A program made the position numbers and the translations under genes. A model generated the notes under the pieces. That model was not told the DNA's origin. It made no database searches and saw only the letters and a list, made by a program, of their open reading frames with translations. Source: a bacterium (GTDB lineage Bacteria > Bacillota > Clostridia > Lachnospirales > Lachnospiraceae). Taken from it: a stretch of 64,000 bases of DNA. The first letter of the stretch is position 1. Every line of letters starts with the position of its first letter. The DNA lies in contig JAUNSO010000006.1 of NCBI GenBank assembly GCA_030539165.1, forward strand, positions 40,242-104,241, in the 5' to 3' direction. Shown piece by piece: positions 47,771-58,297 of this stretch.

Positions 47771-49135
47771 TTATCGGCTGCAAAGAGGAACATAGTCTTC
47801 ATCTGTACCGATGGGCTTGTACGCAGGTCTGATAATCTTGCCGTTATTAGCAAGCTCTTCCATACGATGAGCACTCCAGCCGACGATACGTGCGATGGCA
47901 AAGATCGGAGTGTAAAGTTCCGGTGGAAGATCCAGCATGTCATAAACAAAGCCGGAATAGAAATCGACATTACAGCAAACACCTTTGTATATTTTGCGTT
48001 CCTCACCGATCACCTGTGGTGCAAGTCTTTCTACTAGGGAATAAAGAGCAAATTCCTTTTCAAGGCCCTTTTCAACACATAACTTTTCCACGAAAGATTT
48101 GAAGATCACCTTTCTTGGATCGGATAAAGAGTAGACTGCATGCCCCATACCATAGATCAGTCCCTGCTGATCAAAGGCCTCTTTATGAAGAAGTGCTGCC
48201 AGATAACGGGATACCTCTTCCTCATCCGTCCAGTCCTGAACAACCTCTTTCATATCAGCAAACATCTTGACAACCTTAATGTTGGCACCACCATGCTTGG
48301 GCCCCTTCAGAGAACCGATGGCGGAAGCGATGACGGAGTATGTATCAGTACCGGAAGAAGAAACAACATGGGTTGTGAAGGACGAATTGTTACCGCCGCC
48401 GTGTTCCATGTGCAGTACCAGTGCTACATCTAAAATCTTTGCCTCCAGTGGTGTATATTTTTTGTTAGGGCGAAGAATACGCAGTATATTTTCAGCGGTT
48501 GAGAGCTCTTGGCGTGGAGAATGGATGTATAGGCTCTTGCCATCATGATAATGACGGTAAGCCTGATATCCGTATACAGACAGCAGTGGAAAAAGACTGA
48601 TCAGCTGCAGACTTTGACGCAGTACATTGGGAAGTGATATATCATCAGCACGGTCATCATAGGAGTATAATGTCAGCACACTGCGGGCAAGCGTATTCAT
48701 CATATCCTGGCTGGGAGCCTTCATGATGATGTCACGGACAAAGCTGGTGGGAAGTGTACGGTAGGATGCTAACAACTCCTGAAATCCCTTTAGCTCGATC
48801 GGAGTCGGCAGTACATCGAAAAGCAGAAGATATGCAACCTCCTCAAAACCAAAGCGCTCATCAGATGTAAAGCCTTTGACCAGATCCTTGACATTATAGC
48901 CACGATAAAATAATTCTCCATCGGCAGGCACAGAAACCCCATCGACGATCTGGGTGGTGCGAATATCGGAAATGGAGGTGAGACCGGTCAGTACACCCTT
49001 GCCGTTGATATCACGCAGTCCGCGTTTGACCTCATATTTTGTATATAACTCCGGGTCAATTTCACTTGCTTTCCGGCTAAGCTCAGATAATGCAAGAATT
49101 TCGGGTGTAATTTCACAAAAAACATTATGATCCAT
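47771..49135 (-). CDS. Citrate synthase (classical Si-type fold)
   Basis: HGGGNNSSF, GSLKGPKHGGAN, GMGHAVYSLSDPR and a conserved C-terminal GWSAHRMEE-type segment. Confidence 0.9.
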   Translation of the reverse strand: MDHNVFCEITPEILALSELSRKASEIDPELYTKYEVKRGLRDINGKGVLTGLTSISDIRTTQIVDGVSVPADGELFYRGYNVKDLVKGFTSDERFGFEEVAYLLLFDVLPTPIELKGFQELLASYRTLPTSFVRDIIMKAPSQDMMNTLARSVLTLYSYDDRADDISLPNVLRQSLQLISLFPLLSVYGYQAYRHYHDGKSLYIHSPRQELSTAENILRILRPNKKYTPLEAKILDVALVLHMEHGGGNNSSFTTHVVSSSGTDTYSVIASAIGSLKGPKHGGANIKVVKMFADMKEVVQDWTDEEEVSRYLAALLHKEAFDQQGLIYGMGHAVYSLSDPRKVIFKSFVEKLCVEKGLEKEFALYSLVERLAPQVIGEERKIYKGVCCNVDFYSGFVYDMLDLPPELYTPIFAIARIVGWSAHRMEELANNGKIIRPAYKPIGTDEDYVPLCSR

Positions 49136-49375
49136 ATGGTACCTCCGTTCAAAACAGTTGCCGTGTTACAATTCAAATAAATCCAAATTATATCTTACCA
49201 TGAGAAAGTGTCCGTGTACAAGTAAAAAAACAATAAACTAGCCATTATATTACATAATATGGGTCATAAAGGAGAAGGAAATGAGCAGGACACAGGGAAA
49301 ACAGCATGGACATCACATAGGAAAACAATTATAATGATTCTATATGATAAAGACTACAAATCAGGAGGTAACGAA

Positions 49376-50041
49376 ATGAATAAGAAAGAGATGCTGAGTC
49401 ATATCGATCATACACTGCTCAAACCATTTGCAGCATGGGAGGATATTCAGAAGCTGTGTGAAGAAGCAATTGAATATCAGACTGCGTCAGTATGCATTCC
49501 ACCTGCGTACATCAAGAGAATTCATGATCAGTACGGGGACAAAATCAATATCTGTACCGTTGTCGGATTTCCGCTGGGATATGCAGTGACAGAAGCCAAG
49601 GTGGCTGAGGTAAAGCAGGCCTTGAAGGATGGTGTCAATGAAGTGGATATGGTCATCAATATAACGGACGTTAAGAATGGTGATTATGATAAGGTGGAGC
49701 AGGAAATCCGGACTCTGAAAAAAGAGGTCGGTGACAAGGTACTGAAGGTCATCATCGAGACCTGTTTCCTGACAGAGGATGAAAAAATCGCCATGTGCAA
49801 GGCTGTTACAGATGCCGGAGCAGACTATATCAAGACATCGACAGGGTTTGGCACAGGCGGGGCAACGATAGAAGACATCAGACTGTTCAAACAGAATATT
49901 GGAAAGAATGTCAAGATCAAGGCTGCCGGAGGGATCAAGACCATTGACGATCTGCAGGCTTTTCTGGATGAAGGCTGTGACAGGATCGGGACGAGCTCTG
50001 CAGTCAGCCTGCTGAAAGGCAAAGAGGCCGGAGACTATTAA
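49376..50041 (+). CDS. deoC: Deoxyribose-phosphate aldolase
   Basis: IDHTLLKP, VCIPP, VVGFPLG, Schiff-base Lys context DYIKTSTGF, and IKAAGGI. AGGAGG lies upstream of ATG 49376. Confidence 0.92.
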   Translation: MNKKEMLSHIDHTLLKPFAAWEDIQKLCEEAIEYQTASVCIPPAYIKRIHDQYGDKINICTVVGFPLGYAVTEAKVAEVKQALKDGVNEVDMVINITDVKNGDYDKVEQEIRTLKKEVGDKVLKVIIETCFLTEDEKIAMCKAVTDAGADYIKTSTGFGTGGATIEDIRLFKQNIGKNVKIKAAGGIKTIDDLQAFLDEGCDRIGTSSAVSLLKGKEAGDY

Positions 50042-50042
50042 A

Positions 50043-51863
50043 ATGGATCAGACCGACAAAATGCAAAATCATATCATACGCTCGCGGCTTGATGCGCTCA
50101 GAATACTCATGAAGCAGAAACAGATAGACTTTTATCTGGTGCCGACAGGAGATGACCATCAGTCAGAATATATAGGGGATCATTATAAAGCAAGAGAGTA
50201 TCTGTCAGGCTTTACAGGATCGGCGGGTACCTTGCTGGTATCAGCAGAAATGGCAGGGCTGTGGACAGACGGGCGGTACTTTATACAGGCTGAAAAGGAG
50301 CTGGAGGGAACCTCGATCGAACTGTTCAGGATGCAGGAGGATGGCGTTCCGGGACTGACGGAGTATCTGGCCGGACAGGTATGGGATGGAGCCACGATAG
50401 GCTTTGATGGGAGAGTGGTATCTGCCGCCTTTCAAAAAGGACTGTTGCATGCGATGCCTAAGATCATACAGATCTGCTCAGATGTCGATCTTGCAGATCA
50501 GGTATGGACGGACAGACCGGACAGATCAGCAGATCAGATTTACCCGCTGGAGAAATCCCTATCCGGCATGGATACAGCTGCAAAGCTTGGGATGCTCAGG
50601 AAATGCATTGATGAAATGACGGCAGATGCAGTACTGCTGTCGACACTGGATGATATTATGTGGCTGTATAATCTGCGCGGCAATGATGTACTGTATACAC
50701 CGGTCGCATTGACATTTGCATATATCACAAAAGAGTCTGCATGGCTGTTTGCAGAGAAATCTGCGGTGCCGGAGGAAACGAATCGGTATCTGACGACAAA
50801 TAAAATCACATTGGAGTCCTATGATCAAATCTATGAGTTCTTGATGAAAGTGCATCAGGAGAGAAAGAAAAAGTTGCTCCTCGATACAGCGGCAGTCAGT
50901 CTGACCCTCTATGAGGCGGCAGCTGCAGGACATGAGATCATTGATCTGCCAAACTACAGATTGATTCCAAAGGCAGTTAAGAATCAGACTGAGCTGGAGC
51001 TATGCAGGAACTATCATCTTGCTGATGCGGTGGCAGTTACAAAGCTGATCTGCTGGCTCAAGACTCATCCGGATATTTCAGAAGAGACAGAGCTCTCTGT
51101 TGCGGATCGGCTGGAAGGATACCGTAAACAACAGAAGGGCTATACAGAGCCTTCGTTTGAAACGATTGCTGCATTTGGAGAGCATGCTGCCATGATTCAC
51201 TTTACGGCAGATACGGAAACAAATGCGGTACTAAGGCGAGAGGGTATGCTGCTGCTGGATTCCGGAGGACAGTATGTCGGTGCCACAACAGATATTACGA
51301 GAACCATCGTATTGGGAAATCTGACTGATGAGCAAAAGCAGCAATACACAGCTGTTGCATGTGGTATGCTGAAACTGGCGAATACAGAATTTCTATATGG
51401 ATGTACGGGTCGAAATCTGGACATACTGGCCAGAGAGCCTTTATGGAAGCTGGGTCTGGACTATAGGCACGGAACAGGTCATGGCGTCGGGAGTTTTCTG
51501 AGCGTGCATGAGGGACCACAGGCATTTCGATGGAAAATGAGTGAGACACAGCCGGAGGTCGTTCTGGAGCCGGGCATGATCATTACGGATGAGCCGGGTA
51601 TTTATATAGAAGGAAGCCATGGAATCAGAATAGAAAACGAACTGCTTTGTATAGAAAAGAGAGCAAACGAATGGGGCAGATTTCTTGGATTTGAGGTGTT
51701 GACACATGTACCGATCGACCTGGATGCCATTCTTCCTGAGCAAATGTCAGATGAATGTAAGAAAATGTTAAATGTATACCACACAGAAGTATATGAACTG
51801 CTTTGTCCGTACCTCACAGACAATGAGCAAAAATGGCTGTTTACGCAGACTCGTGAAATCTAA
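50043..51863 (+). CDS. M24-family Xaa-Pro aminopeptidase (aminopeptidase P-like)
   Basis: Creatinase-like N-domains plus pita-bread metal-ligand motifs (DSGGQY, TDITRT, HGTGHGVG, ITDEPGIY, IRIENE). Confidence 0.87.
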   Translation: MDQTDKMQNHIIRSRLDALRILMKQKQIDFYLVPTGDDHQSEYIGDHYKAREYLSGFTGSAGTLLVSAEMAGLWTDGRYFIQAEKELEGTSIELFRMQEDGVPGLTEYLAGQVWDGATIGFDGRVVSAAFQKGLLHAMPKIIQICSDVDLADQVWTDRPDRSADQIYPLEKSLSGMDTAAKLGMLRKCIDEMTADAVLLSTLDDIMWLYNLRGNDVLYTPVALTFAYITKESAWLFAEKSAVPEETNRYLTTNKITLESYDQIYEFLMKVHQERKKKLLLDTAAVSLTLYEAAAAGHEIIDLPNYRLIPKAVKNQTELELCRNYHLADAVAVTKLICWLKTHPDISEETELSVADRLEGYRKQQKGYTEPSFETIAAFGEHAAMIHFTADTETNAVLRREGMLLLDSGGQYVGATTDITRTIVLGNLTDEQKQQYTAVACGMLKLANTEFLYGCTGRNLDILAREPLWKLGLDYRHGTGHGVGSFLSVHEGPQAFRWKMSETQPEVVLEPGMIITDEPGIYIEGSHGIRIENELLCIEKRANEWGRFLGFEVLTHVPIDLDAILPEQMSDECKKMLNVYHTEVYELLCPYLTDNEQKWLFTQTREI

Positions 51864-51994
51864 AAAATCAATTAAAATGGCGTTTTACAACTTGACTTTT
51901 AATAGTAGGTCTGAGATAATAGCCCATGGATGCGCAAAAGCGCACAACTGGAACTCATAATTAATATTTTTTAAATAAAGAAGGAGGACGTAAT

Positions 51995-53710
51995 ATGTCA
52001 ACAAAAGCTTATTATCCGATTTCAGAAATCGGAGCCGGAAAAGTAGGATTTTCCAAAACTCGTTCCATCATCGAAGCACCTTTCTATGGCAACAATGTCA
52101 TTAAGGTAAATACTCTGAAGGAAGCATATGAGTTAGCTAAGAATTCACCGGGAACCATCGTAACAGATATGCCGATCAAAGACGGCGAGACATTTGGTCT
52201 TGAGAAGGACGCAAAGGTTCTGTTATTCAATGATGGTGCCGTTACAGGCCGTTATGCAGCAGCACGCCGTATCAAGGGCGAGCCGGGCGTAGATGCTACA
52301 AAGCTTGACAAAGTAGTTATGGATGCAGTTTATGAGACTCGCTGGAAGACAATGTATCATGCAGAGTGCTTCATCGGTCTTGATCCTGAATTTATGGCTA
52401 AGGCTCATCTGTTAATTCCGGAAGGTGAAGAGAACATTCTGTACAACTGGATGTTAAACTTCCAGTACATGTCTGATGAGTATGTTAAGATGTACAAGAA
52501 CTCTAAGCCGATCGCAGACGGCAAAGAGCCGGATATCTACATTTTCTCAGATCCTCAGTGGGCTCCGCACGATGCACCGGATGTTGATTACAGCTGCTTA
52601 AGCGATCCTCTGACACTTTGCTATTTTGATACAGAGCAGAACTGCGCAGCAATCCTTGGTATGAGATACTTTGGTGAGCACAAGAAGGGAACTCTGACAA
52701 TGGCTTGGGCACTTGCTAACAGAAATGGTTATGCATCATGCCACGGCGGACAGAAAGAGTATTCACTGGAAGACGGTTCTAAGTTCGTTGCATCAGTATA
52801 TGGTCTGTCAGGCTCAGGTAAGTCTACACTGACACATGCTAAGCACAACAACAAGTATCCTGCAATCAAGGTACTTCATGATGATGCATTCATCATCAAT
52901 ACAGATACATGTTCTTCAATCGCTCTTGAGCCGACTTACTTTGACAAGACAGCAGATTATCCTACAGGATGTCCTGATAATGAATATCTGTTATCCGCTC
53001 AGAACTGCTCAGCTACATTAGATGAGGACGGAAAGCTTCAGCTTGTTACAGAAGATATCAGAAATGGTAACGGACGTGCCATCAAGTCTAAGTTATGGTC
53101 ACCGAACCGTGTAGACAAGATTGATGCTCCTGTTAATGCAATCTTCTGGATTATGAAGGATCCTACCATTCCTCCTGTAGTAAGATTAAAGGGTGCAGCA
53201 CTTGCATCTGTTATGGGCGCTACACTGGCAACTAAGACTTCAACAGCAGAGCGTGTTGCAGCAGGTACTGACCTGAATGCACTTCGTATCGTTCCTTACG
53301 CTAACCCGTTCAGAACTTACCCTCTGGTAAATGACTATGTGAAGTTCAAGAAGCTCGTTGAAGAGAAGAACGTAGAGTGCTATATCGTTAACACAGGTGA
53401 TTTCATGGGCGCTAAGGTAAAACCGGCTGATACACTCGGAATCCTTGAGACCATCGTTGAGAAGAAGGCTAACTTCGAGAAGTGGGGACCTTTTGAAGAC
53501 ATCGAAATCATGTATGACTGGTCTGGCAAGACAGGCGACTTCAAGCCAAATCTGGATGACAAGGATTATGTAGCAGCATTAAAGAATGCTATGCAGAACC
53601 GTGTCAGCGCAGTAGAAGGCTTCGCTACCAAGAAGGAAGGCTATGACAAGCTTCCGGATGAGGCTCTTGCAGCACTGAAGAAGATCGTTGATGAGGCAGC
53701 TTCTCTGTAA
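51995..53710 (+). CDS. pckA: Phosphoenolpyruvate carboxykinase (ATP)
   Basis: Kinase-1a GLSGSGKSTLT, with RAIKS- and NTGDF-type motifs. 571 aa. Confidence 0.92.
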   Translation: MSTKAYYPISEIGAGKVGFSKTRSIIEAPFYGNNVIKVNTLKEAYELAKNSPGTIVTDMPIKDGETFGLEKDAKVLLFNDGAVTGRYAAARRIKGEPGVDATKLDKVVMDAVYETRWKTMYHAECFIGLDPEFMAKAHLLIPEGEENILYNWMLNFQYMSDEYVKMYKNSKPIADGKEPDIYIFSDPQWAPHDAPDVDYSCLSDPLTLCYFDTEQNCAAILGMRYFGEHKKGTLTMAWALANRNGYASCHGGQKEYSLEDGSKFVASVYGLSGSGKSTLTHAKHNNKYPAIKVLHDDAFIINTDTCSSIALEPTYFDKTADYPTGCPDNEYLLSAQNCSATLDEDGKLQLVTEDIRNGNGRAIKSKLWSPNRVDKIDAPVNAIFWIMKDPTIPPVVRLKGAALASVMGATLATKTSTAERVAAGTDLNALRIVPYANPFRTYPLVNDYVKFKKLVEEKNVECYIVNTGDFMGAKVKPADTLGILETIVEKKANFEKWGPFEDIEIMYDWSGKTGDFKPNLDDKDYVAALKNAMQNRVSAVEGFATKKEGYDKLPDEALAALKKIVDEAASL

Positions 53711-53731
53711 TCATCATCAGTATAAAAACAT

Positions 53732-53767
53732 CACCCCTGAGTCTATCGGATTCAGGGGTGTTTTGTT
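53732..53767 (+). terminator. Intrinsic terminator after pckA
   Basis: CACCCCTGA (53732-53740) pairs with TCAGGGGTG (53752-53760), followed by TTTTGTT. Confidence 0.85.
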
Positions 53768-53852
53768 GACTTATGAAGTTGAAAATGATATAATTCCATT
53801 TGCTATTGTAATGCCGGAAAGAAATGGATGTCCGGTATTGACGGAGATGAAT

Positions 53853-55376
53853 ATGGTGACGAATATATTAGAATATCTGGAGTTATCTGCCGGACGTTTC
53901 CCTGAAAAAACAGCATATTTTGATGAAGAGTCAGAGTATACCTATGGAGCAGTCCTGAAGGATGCAAAGGCAGTCGGTACAGCACTTGCTGCACTTGATC
54001 AGACCGGAGTTCCGGTCGTAATCTATATGGAAAAAACACCGCTTAATATGGCGGCATTCTGGGGTGTGCTGTACAGCCGTAATTTCTATGTGCCTGTAGA
54101 CACGAAGATGCCCGGATACCGTATCAGTCTGATCCAGGAGAATCTGGATCCGTATGCGGTCATTACTGATGAAACAAACGCAGAGGCGGCGAGAGAGAAG
54201 TTCCAGGGACGAAACATACTGCTGTTTTCAGACCTGATACTGACCATACCGGATGACCGGCTGCTGCAGGATATACGAAACAGCGCTCTGGATACCGATC
54301 CGATTTATGTACTGTATACATCGGGATCTACAGGAGTGCCAAAGGGTGTCGTGGTATGCCATCGCTCCTTGATAGATTATGTAGAGCACTTTTGCAGAGA
54401 GGTAGGAATCACAGATCAGGATGTGATAGCAAATCAGGCACCATTTTACTTTGATGCATCCCTGATTGATATTTACTGTACACTCTACAGTGGTGCTACG
54501 ATGGGAATCGTTCCAGCTGATTACTTTACCATACCGATCAAGCTGTTACAGTTCATGCAGGATCATCACATCACTACGATACGATGGGTTCCGTCTGCCA
54601 TGAAGATGATCTCCACACTCAGAGGCTTTAAAACCTTACGGCCGGATGCACTGCGCAAGGTGATATTCGGAGCGGAGGCTATGCCGACAAAGTGTTATAA
54701 CTACTGGAGAGACAACTATCCGGAGGCAGTGTTTGTACAGATCTACGGTCCGACTGAGATTACAGGTGTATGTACTTATTATATAGTAGACAGAGAATTC
54801 ACAAATGATGAGACGATTCCGATCGGCAGAGCATTTGGGAATACAGAGGTATTTCTGCTGGATGAACAGGATCGTTTGATCAGAGAAGCCAATACCATCG
54901 GAGAGATCTGTGTGAAGGGCACCTGTCTGGCACATGGATATTACAATGCGTCAGAGAAGACGAGTGAGGTATTTACCCAGAATCCGCTGCAGCATCACTA
55001 TCCGGAGAGAATCTACAGAACGGGAGATCTGGCACAGTATAATAATCTGGGAGAGCTGATCTTCTCATCCCGTAAGGATTCCCAGATTAAGCATATGGGA
55101 CACCGGATCGAGCTTGGAGAGATAGAAGCAGTCGTGAACAGTCTGCCGGGTATCCGTACGGCATGTTGTCTGTTCCATAAAGAGAAAGAGAAGATCGTAC
55201 TGTTTTATGAATCTGATGAGTACGATGATGTTACACTGATAGAGGCGCTGCAGGAAAAGCTGCTGCGGTATATGATGCCAAATGTGATGCACAGGCTGGA
55301 ATCACTGCCTCAGACACAAAATGGCAAGGTAGACAGAATGAAATTAAAAAGACAATACCTTGAGGGAGGAGAATAG
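53853..55376 (+). CDS. DltA-like amino-acid adenylation enzyme (carrier-protein ligase)
   Basis: ANL-superfamily motifs LYTSGSTGVPKG, NQAPFYFDASLIDIY, YGPTE, YRTGD and NGKVDR. About 507 aa, as in DltA. The start is set after the pckA terminator (GGAG upstream of ATG 53853). Confidence 0.85.
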   Translation: MVTNILEYLELSAGRFPEKTAYFDEESEYTYGAVLKDAKAVGTALAALDQTGVPVVIYMEKTPLNMAAFWGVLYSRNFYVPVDTKMPGYRISLIQENLDPYAVITDETNAEAAREKFQGRNILLFSDLILTIPDDRLLQDIRNSALDTDPIYVLYTSGSTGVPKGVVVCHRSLIDYVEHFCREVGITDQDVIANQAPFYFDASLIDIYCTLYSGATMGIVPADYFTIPIKLLQFMQDHHITTIRWVPSAMKMISTLRGFKTLRPDALRKVIFGAEAMPTKCYNYWRDNYPEAVFVQIYGPTEITGVCTYYIVDREFTNDETIPIGRAFGNTEVFLLDEQDRLIREANTIGEICVKGTCLAHGYYNASEKTSEVFTQNPLQHHYPERIYRTGDLAQYNNLGELIFSSRKDSQIKHMGHRIELGEIEAVVNSLPGIRTACCLFHKEKEKIVLFYESDEYDDVTLIEALQEKLLRYMMPNVMHRLESLPQTQNGKVDRMKLKRQYLEGGE

Positions 55377-55378
55377 AT

Positions 55379-55606
55379 ATGGAAAAATTAATGGAGTTAT
55401 TATCAGAGCTGCATCCGGAAGTGGATTTTGCAAGTGAGACAGGTCTGATTGATAAGAAAATACTGACATCCTTTGATGTCGTCAATCTGGTCGGAGAACT
55501 GATGGATGAGTATGATATTGAGATCAACGCAGAGCATCTGATCCCGGAAAATTTTAATTCAGCACAGGCAATCTTTGATCTGATTACCAGACTGGAAGAG
55601 GAATAG
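55379..55606 (+). CDS. DltC-like small carrier protein
   Basis: 75 aa, acidic. The phosphopantetheine-Ser context KILTSFDVVNLVGEL resembles DltC LLDSFGTVELL. Confidence 0.8.
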   Translation: MEKLMELLSELHPEVDFASETGLIDKKILTSFDVVNLVGELMDEYDIEINAEHLIPENFNSAQAIFDLITRLEEE

Positions 55607-55622
55607 GTAGGGCACGAAAACC

Positions 55623-57209
55623 ATGTCTTTCGTTTCATTGAGATTCGCGGCTTTTGTGATAGGTGTACTGCTCGTATATTATCTGGTTCCAAAGAAGATA
55701 CAGTGGTTTGTACTGCTGTGTGCCAGTTATCTGTTTTATTTTGCAACAGGCTTTGGCAACGGGTTTTATATTGTGGTTACAACAGTAACAACATTTTTCT
55801 GTGCTATTTTGATTTCTGAAGAGCATAAACATCAGAAGGAATATCTGCAGGAACATAAGGAACACCTTACAAAAGAAGAAAAAAAGTCATATAAATCACA
55901 GGTAAAGAAGAGACAGCGGGTCATATTGATCCTGTGTCTTGTTTTGAACTTTGGAATTCTTGCATTTTTGAAATACAATGATTTTATCATATCAAATCTC
56001 AACTTGTTCAGACTGACCTTTTATGGCGAGACTGACTTCATTGATTTCTTTATGCTGCCGCTTGGAATATCATTTTATACATTCCAGTCCATGGGTTATC
56101 TGGTCGATGTTTATTACGGTAAGTATGATGCTGACAGGCATTTGGGTAAATTCGCTCTGTTTGTGTCATTTTTCCCACAGATCATTCAGGGCCCCATCAG
56201 CAGATTTGGAGAGCTGTCAAAAGAGTTATATGATGGACAATCATTTTCATGGTATGCAATCAAAAGCGGTTTTGTGAGAATCGTCTGGGGACTGTTTAAG
56301 AAGTTGATCATTGCTGATCGTGTCGCTGCCTATGTCAAGCTGGTGGCTGATCCGGTCAATGAATATGAGGGGCTCTATGTCCTGATTGCAGTATTTCTAT
56401 ACTCCATGCAGATTTATGCTGATTTCTCCGGAGGCATTGACGTGTCGATCGGAGTGGCAGAGATGCTCGGCATCAAAATGACGGAGAACTTTGAACGTCC
56501 TTTCTTCTCTAAGAGTATATCGGAGTATTGGAGAAGATGGCATATCACACTGGGTACATGGTTCAAGGACTATATCTTCTATCCCTTGTCCATATGCAAA
56601 CCTGTTATTAACCTTGGCAAATGGACCAAGAAGAATATCCATGAGGGTCTTGGTAAGAGGCTGCCTATTTATCTGCCGATGCTTGCTGTATGGGCACTGA
56701 CCGGTGTATGGCACGGCTCTGAAAACAGATATGTGGTATGGGGACTGCTGAACTGCTTTTTCATTATCCTCGGTGAGGAGTTTGCGCCGGTATCCGGCAG
56801 ACTGAGAGAGTATTTCAAGGTGAATCCCTCAGGTACAGCCTTTAAGGCCTTTCAGATCTTTAGGACATTCTGGCTGATGGCATTGCTTCGGGTATTTGAT
56901 ATTGCACCGAGTATTAAGGCAGGATTTCGCATGATTTTCAATCTGTTTCGAAACTGGAGCAGCTTCAGCAGAGAAGAGTTTTATTCTATGGATCTGCCAA
57001 AGGATGATCTGAAAATCGCATTGATTGCCTGTCTGGTGATACTGATCGTGAGCCTGCTTCAAAGAAAAAAGAGTATCAGAGAGCGTCTGTTTGCACTGCC
57101 GGGAGCCGTACAGGTGGTATTGTGCACTTTATTTGTATTGTCTGTAGCAATCTACGGATATTATGGCTTTGGATATGATGCAAGCCAGTTTATATATATT
57201 CAATTTTGA
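55623..57209 (+). CDS. MBOAT-family membrane O-acyltransferase (DltB/AlgI-like)
   Basis: About 11 TM helices. Conserved segments FYTFQSMGYLVDVY, FWRRWHITLGTWFKDYIF and GVWHGS (conserved His). Confidence 0.88.
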   Translation: MSFVSLRFAAFVIGVLLVYYLVPKKIQWFVLLCASYLFYFATGFGNGFYIVVTTVTTFFCAILISEEHKHQKEYLQEHKEHLTKEEKKSYKSQVKKRQRVILILCLVLNFGILAFLKYNDFIISNLNLFRLTFYGETDFIDFFMLPLGISFYTFQSMGYLVDVYYGKYDADRHLGKFALFVSFFPQIIQGPISRFGELSKELYDGQSFSWYAIKSGFVRIVWGLFKKLIIADRVAAYVKLVADPVNEYEGLYVLIAVFLYSMQIYADFSGGIDVSIGVAEMLGIKMTENFERPFFSKSISEYWRRWHITLGTWFKDYIFYPLSICKPVINLGKWTKKNIHEGLGKRLPIYLPMLAVWALTGVWHGSENRYVVWGLLNCFFIILGEEFAPVSGRLREYFKVNPSGTAFKAFQIFRTFWLMALLRVFDIAPSIKAGFRMIFNLFRNWSSFSREEFYSMDLPKDDLKIALIACLVILIVSLLQRKKSIRERLFALPGAVQVVLCTLFVLSVAIYGYYGFGYDASQFIYIQF

Positions 57210-57223
57210 GGTCGTGGAACCAT

Positions 57224-58297
57224 ATGAAAGTTCAGTTAAAGAAAATCTTTATCGTTTTGCTGGAAATTGCATTTATCATCTGTGCAGTATTATTTACGAA
57301 CAAATTGTTTATGCCGAAATATGTTTCTGAAAACCAGGACGGCAGGATCGCAGAAGAGTTTTATGATGAAAAGCTGCCGTTAGATGTGGTTTTTGTAGGT
57401 CCCAGCACGATCTATAATGCCGTTTCACCGGTATGGCTTTGGGAGCAGTACGGATTTACCTCCTATGTGCGTGGGAATGCTTCTCAGACAATGTGGCAAT
57501 CCTACTATATGGTTGCAGATGCAATACAGTATAACAAGCCGAAGGTCGTAGTCGTAGACGTGACATTTATCCGGCATGCTGACGATTTTGTGGAGGAGCC
57601 GTCTAACCGTAAAGCACTGGATGGCATGAAGCTGTCCAAGGTAAAGCTGGATGCCATCAAGGACTCAAAGGCTGAAGTGGAAAAAACGGGAGATTATCTG
57701 TTCCCTTTATTTCGTTTTCACTCCAGATGGAACGAGCTGTCGATGGAAGATCTGATATGGTGCTTTAAGGACGATCCGGTTACTTACAACGGACATCTGA
57801 TGCAGTTTGGAACTTCCCCTACCGCATTTGGCTTCACAGGCTATGATGCAAGAGAAGAGTATATGCTAGGTGATAAAAGTGTTGCCTATTTGAGAAAGCT
57901 GATCGAACTGTGTCAGGATAATGACATCACAGTCATCTTGATGAAGACACCTGCAGGAACGCCAAACTGGGCACTGCAGTATGATGCACAGATTATGACT
58001 GTTGCGTCTGAATACAATGTAGGCTATGTCAATTTTGATATGCTGGCTGATGAGATGGGACTGAACTACAAGGCTCATTCACCGGATGAGGGCAGACATC
58101 TGAACACTGTCGGAGCAGAGATCTTTACTAATTATCTCGGACAGATACTGAAAACATCCTGTTCCACACTGATCGATCATAAGTGGGATGCACACTATAC
58201 AGATGTATGGAACGAAAAGGTTTCTCGATACGAATATGATAAGGCTGTCGGTATGGTTGAATATGCTGCAGAACTCGAAAAAATCAGAAAAGAGTGA
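57224..58297 (+). CDS. Membrane-anchored extracytoplasmic SGNH/DltD-like protein
   Basis: N-terminal TM. A block-I-like VVFVGPSTIYN and a block-V-like SPDEGRHLNTVGAEIF. The ORF track begins at TTG 57206, overlapping the MBOAT stop. Confidence 0.6.
   Translation: MKVQLKKIFIVLLEIAFIICAVLFTNKLFMPKYVSENQDGRIAEEFYDEKLPLDVVFVGPSTIYNAVSPVWLWEQYGFTSYVRGNASQTMWQSYYMVADAIQYNKPKVVVVDVTFIRHADDFVEEPSNRKALDGMKLSKVKLDAIKDSKAEVEKTGDYLFPLFRFHSRWNELSMEDLIWCFKDDPVTYNGHLMQFGTSPTAFGFTGYDAREEYMLGDKSVAYLRKLIELCQDNDITVILMKTPAGTPNWALQYDAQIMTVASEYNVGYVNFDMLADEMGLNYKAHSPDEGRHLNTVGAEIFTNYLGQILKTSCSTLIDHKWDAHYTDVWNEKVSRYEYDKAVGMVEYAAELEKIRKE

Noticed and set aside
51930-51950. Palindrome TGCGCAAAAGCGCA upstream of pckA as a CcpA cre site
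   Set aside because: It does not fit the cre consensus (TGWAANCGNTNWCA) beyond being a 14-nt palindrome. It is possibly an operator for another factor, but the evidence is too weak to list.
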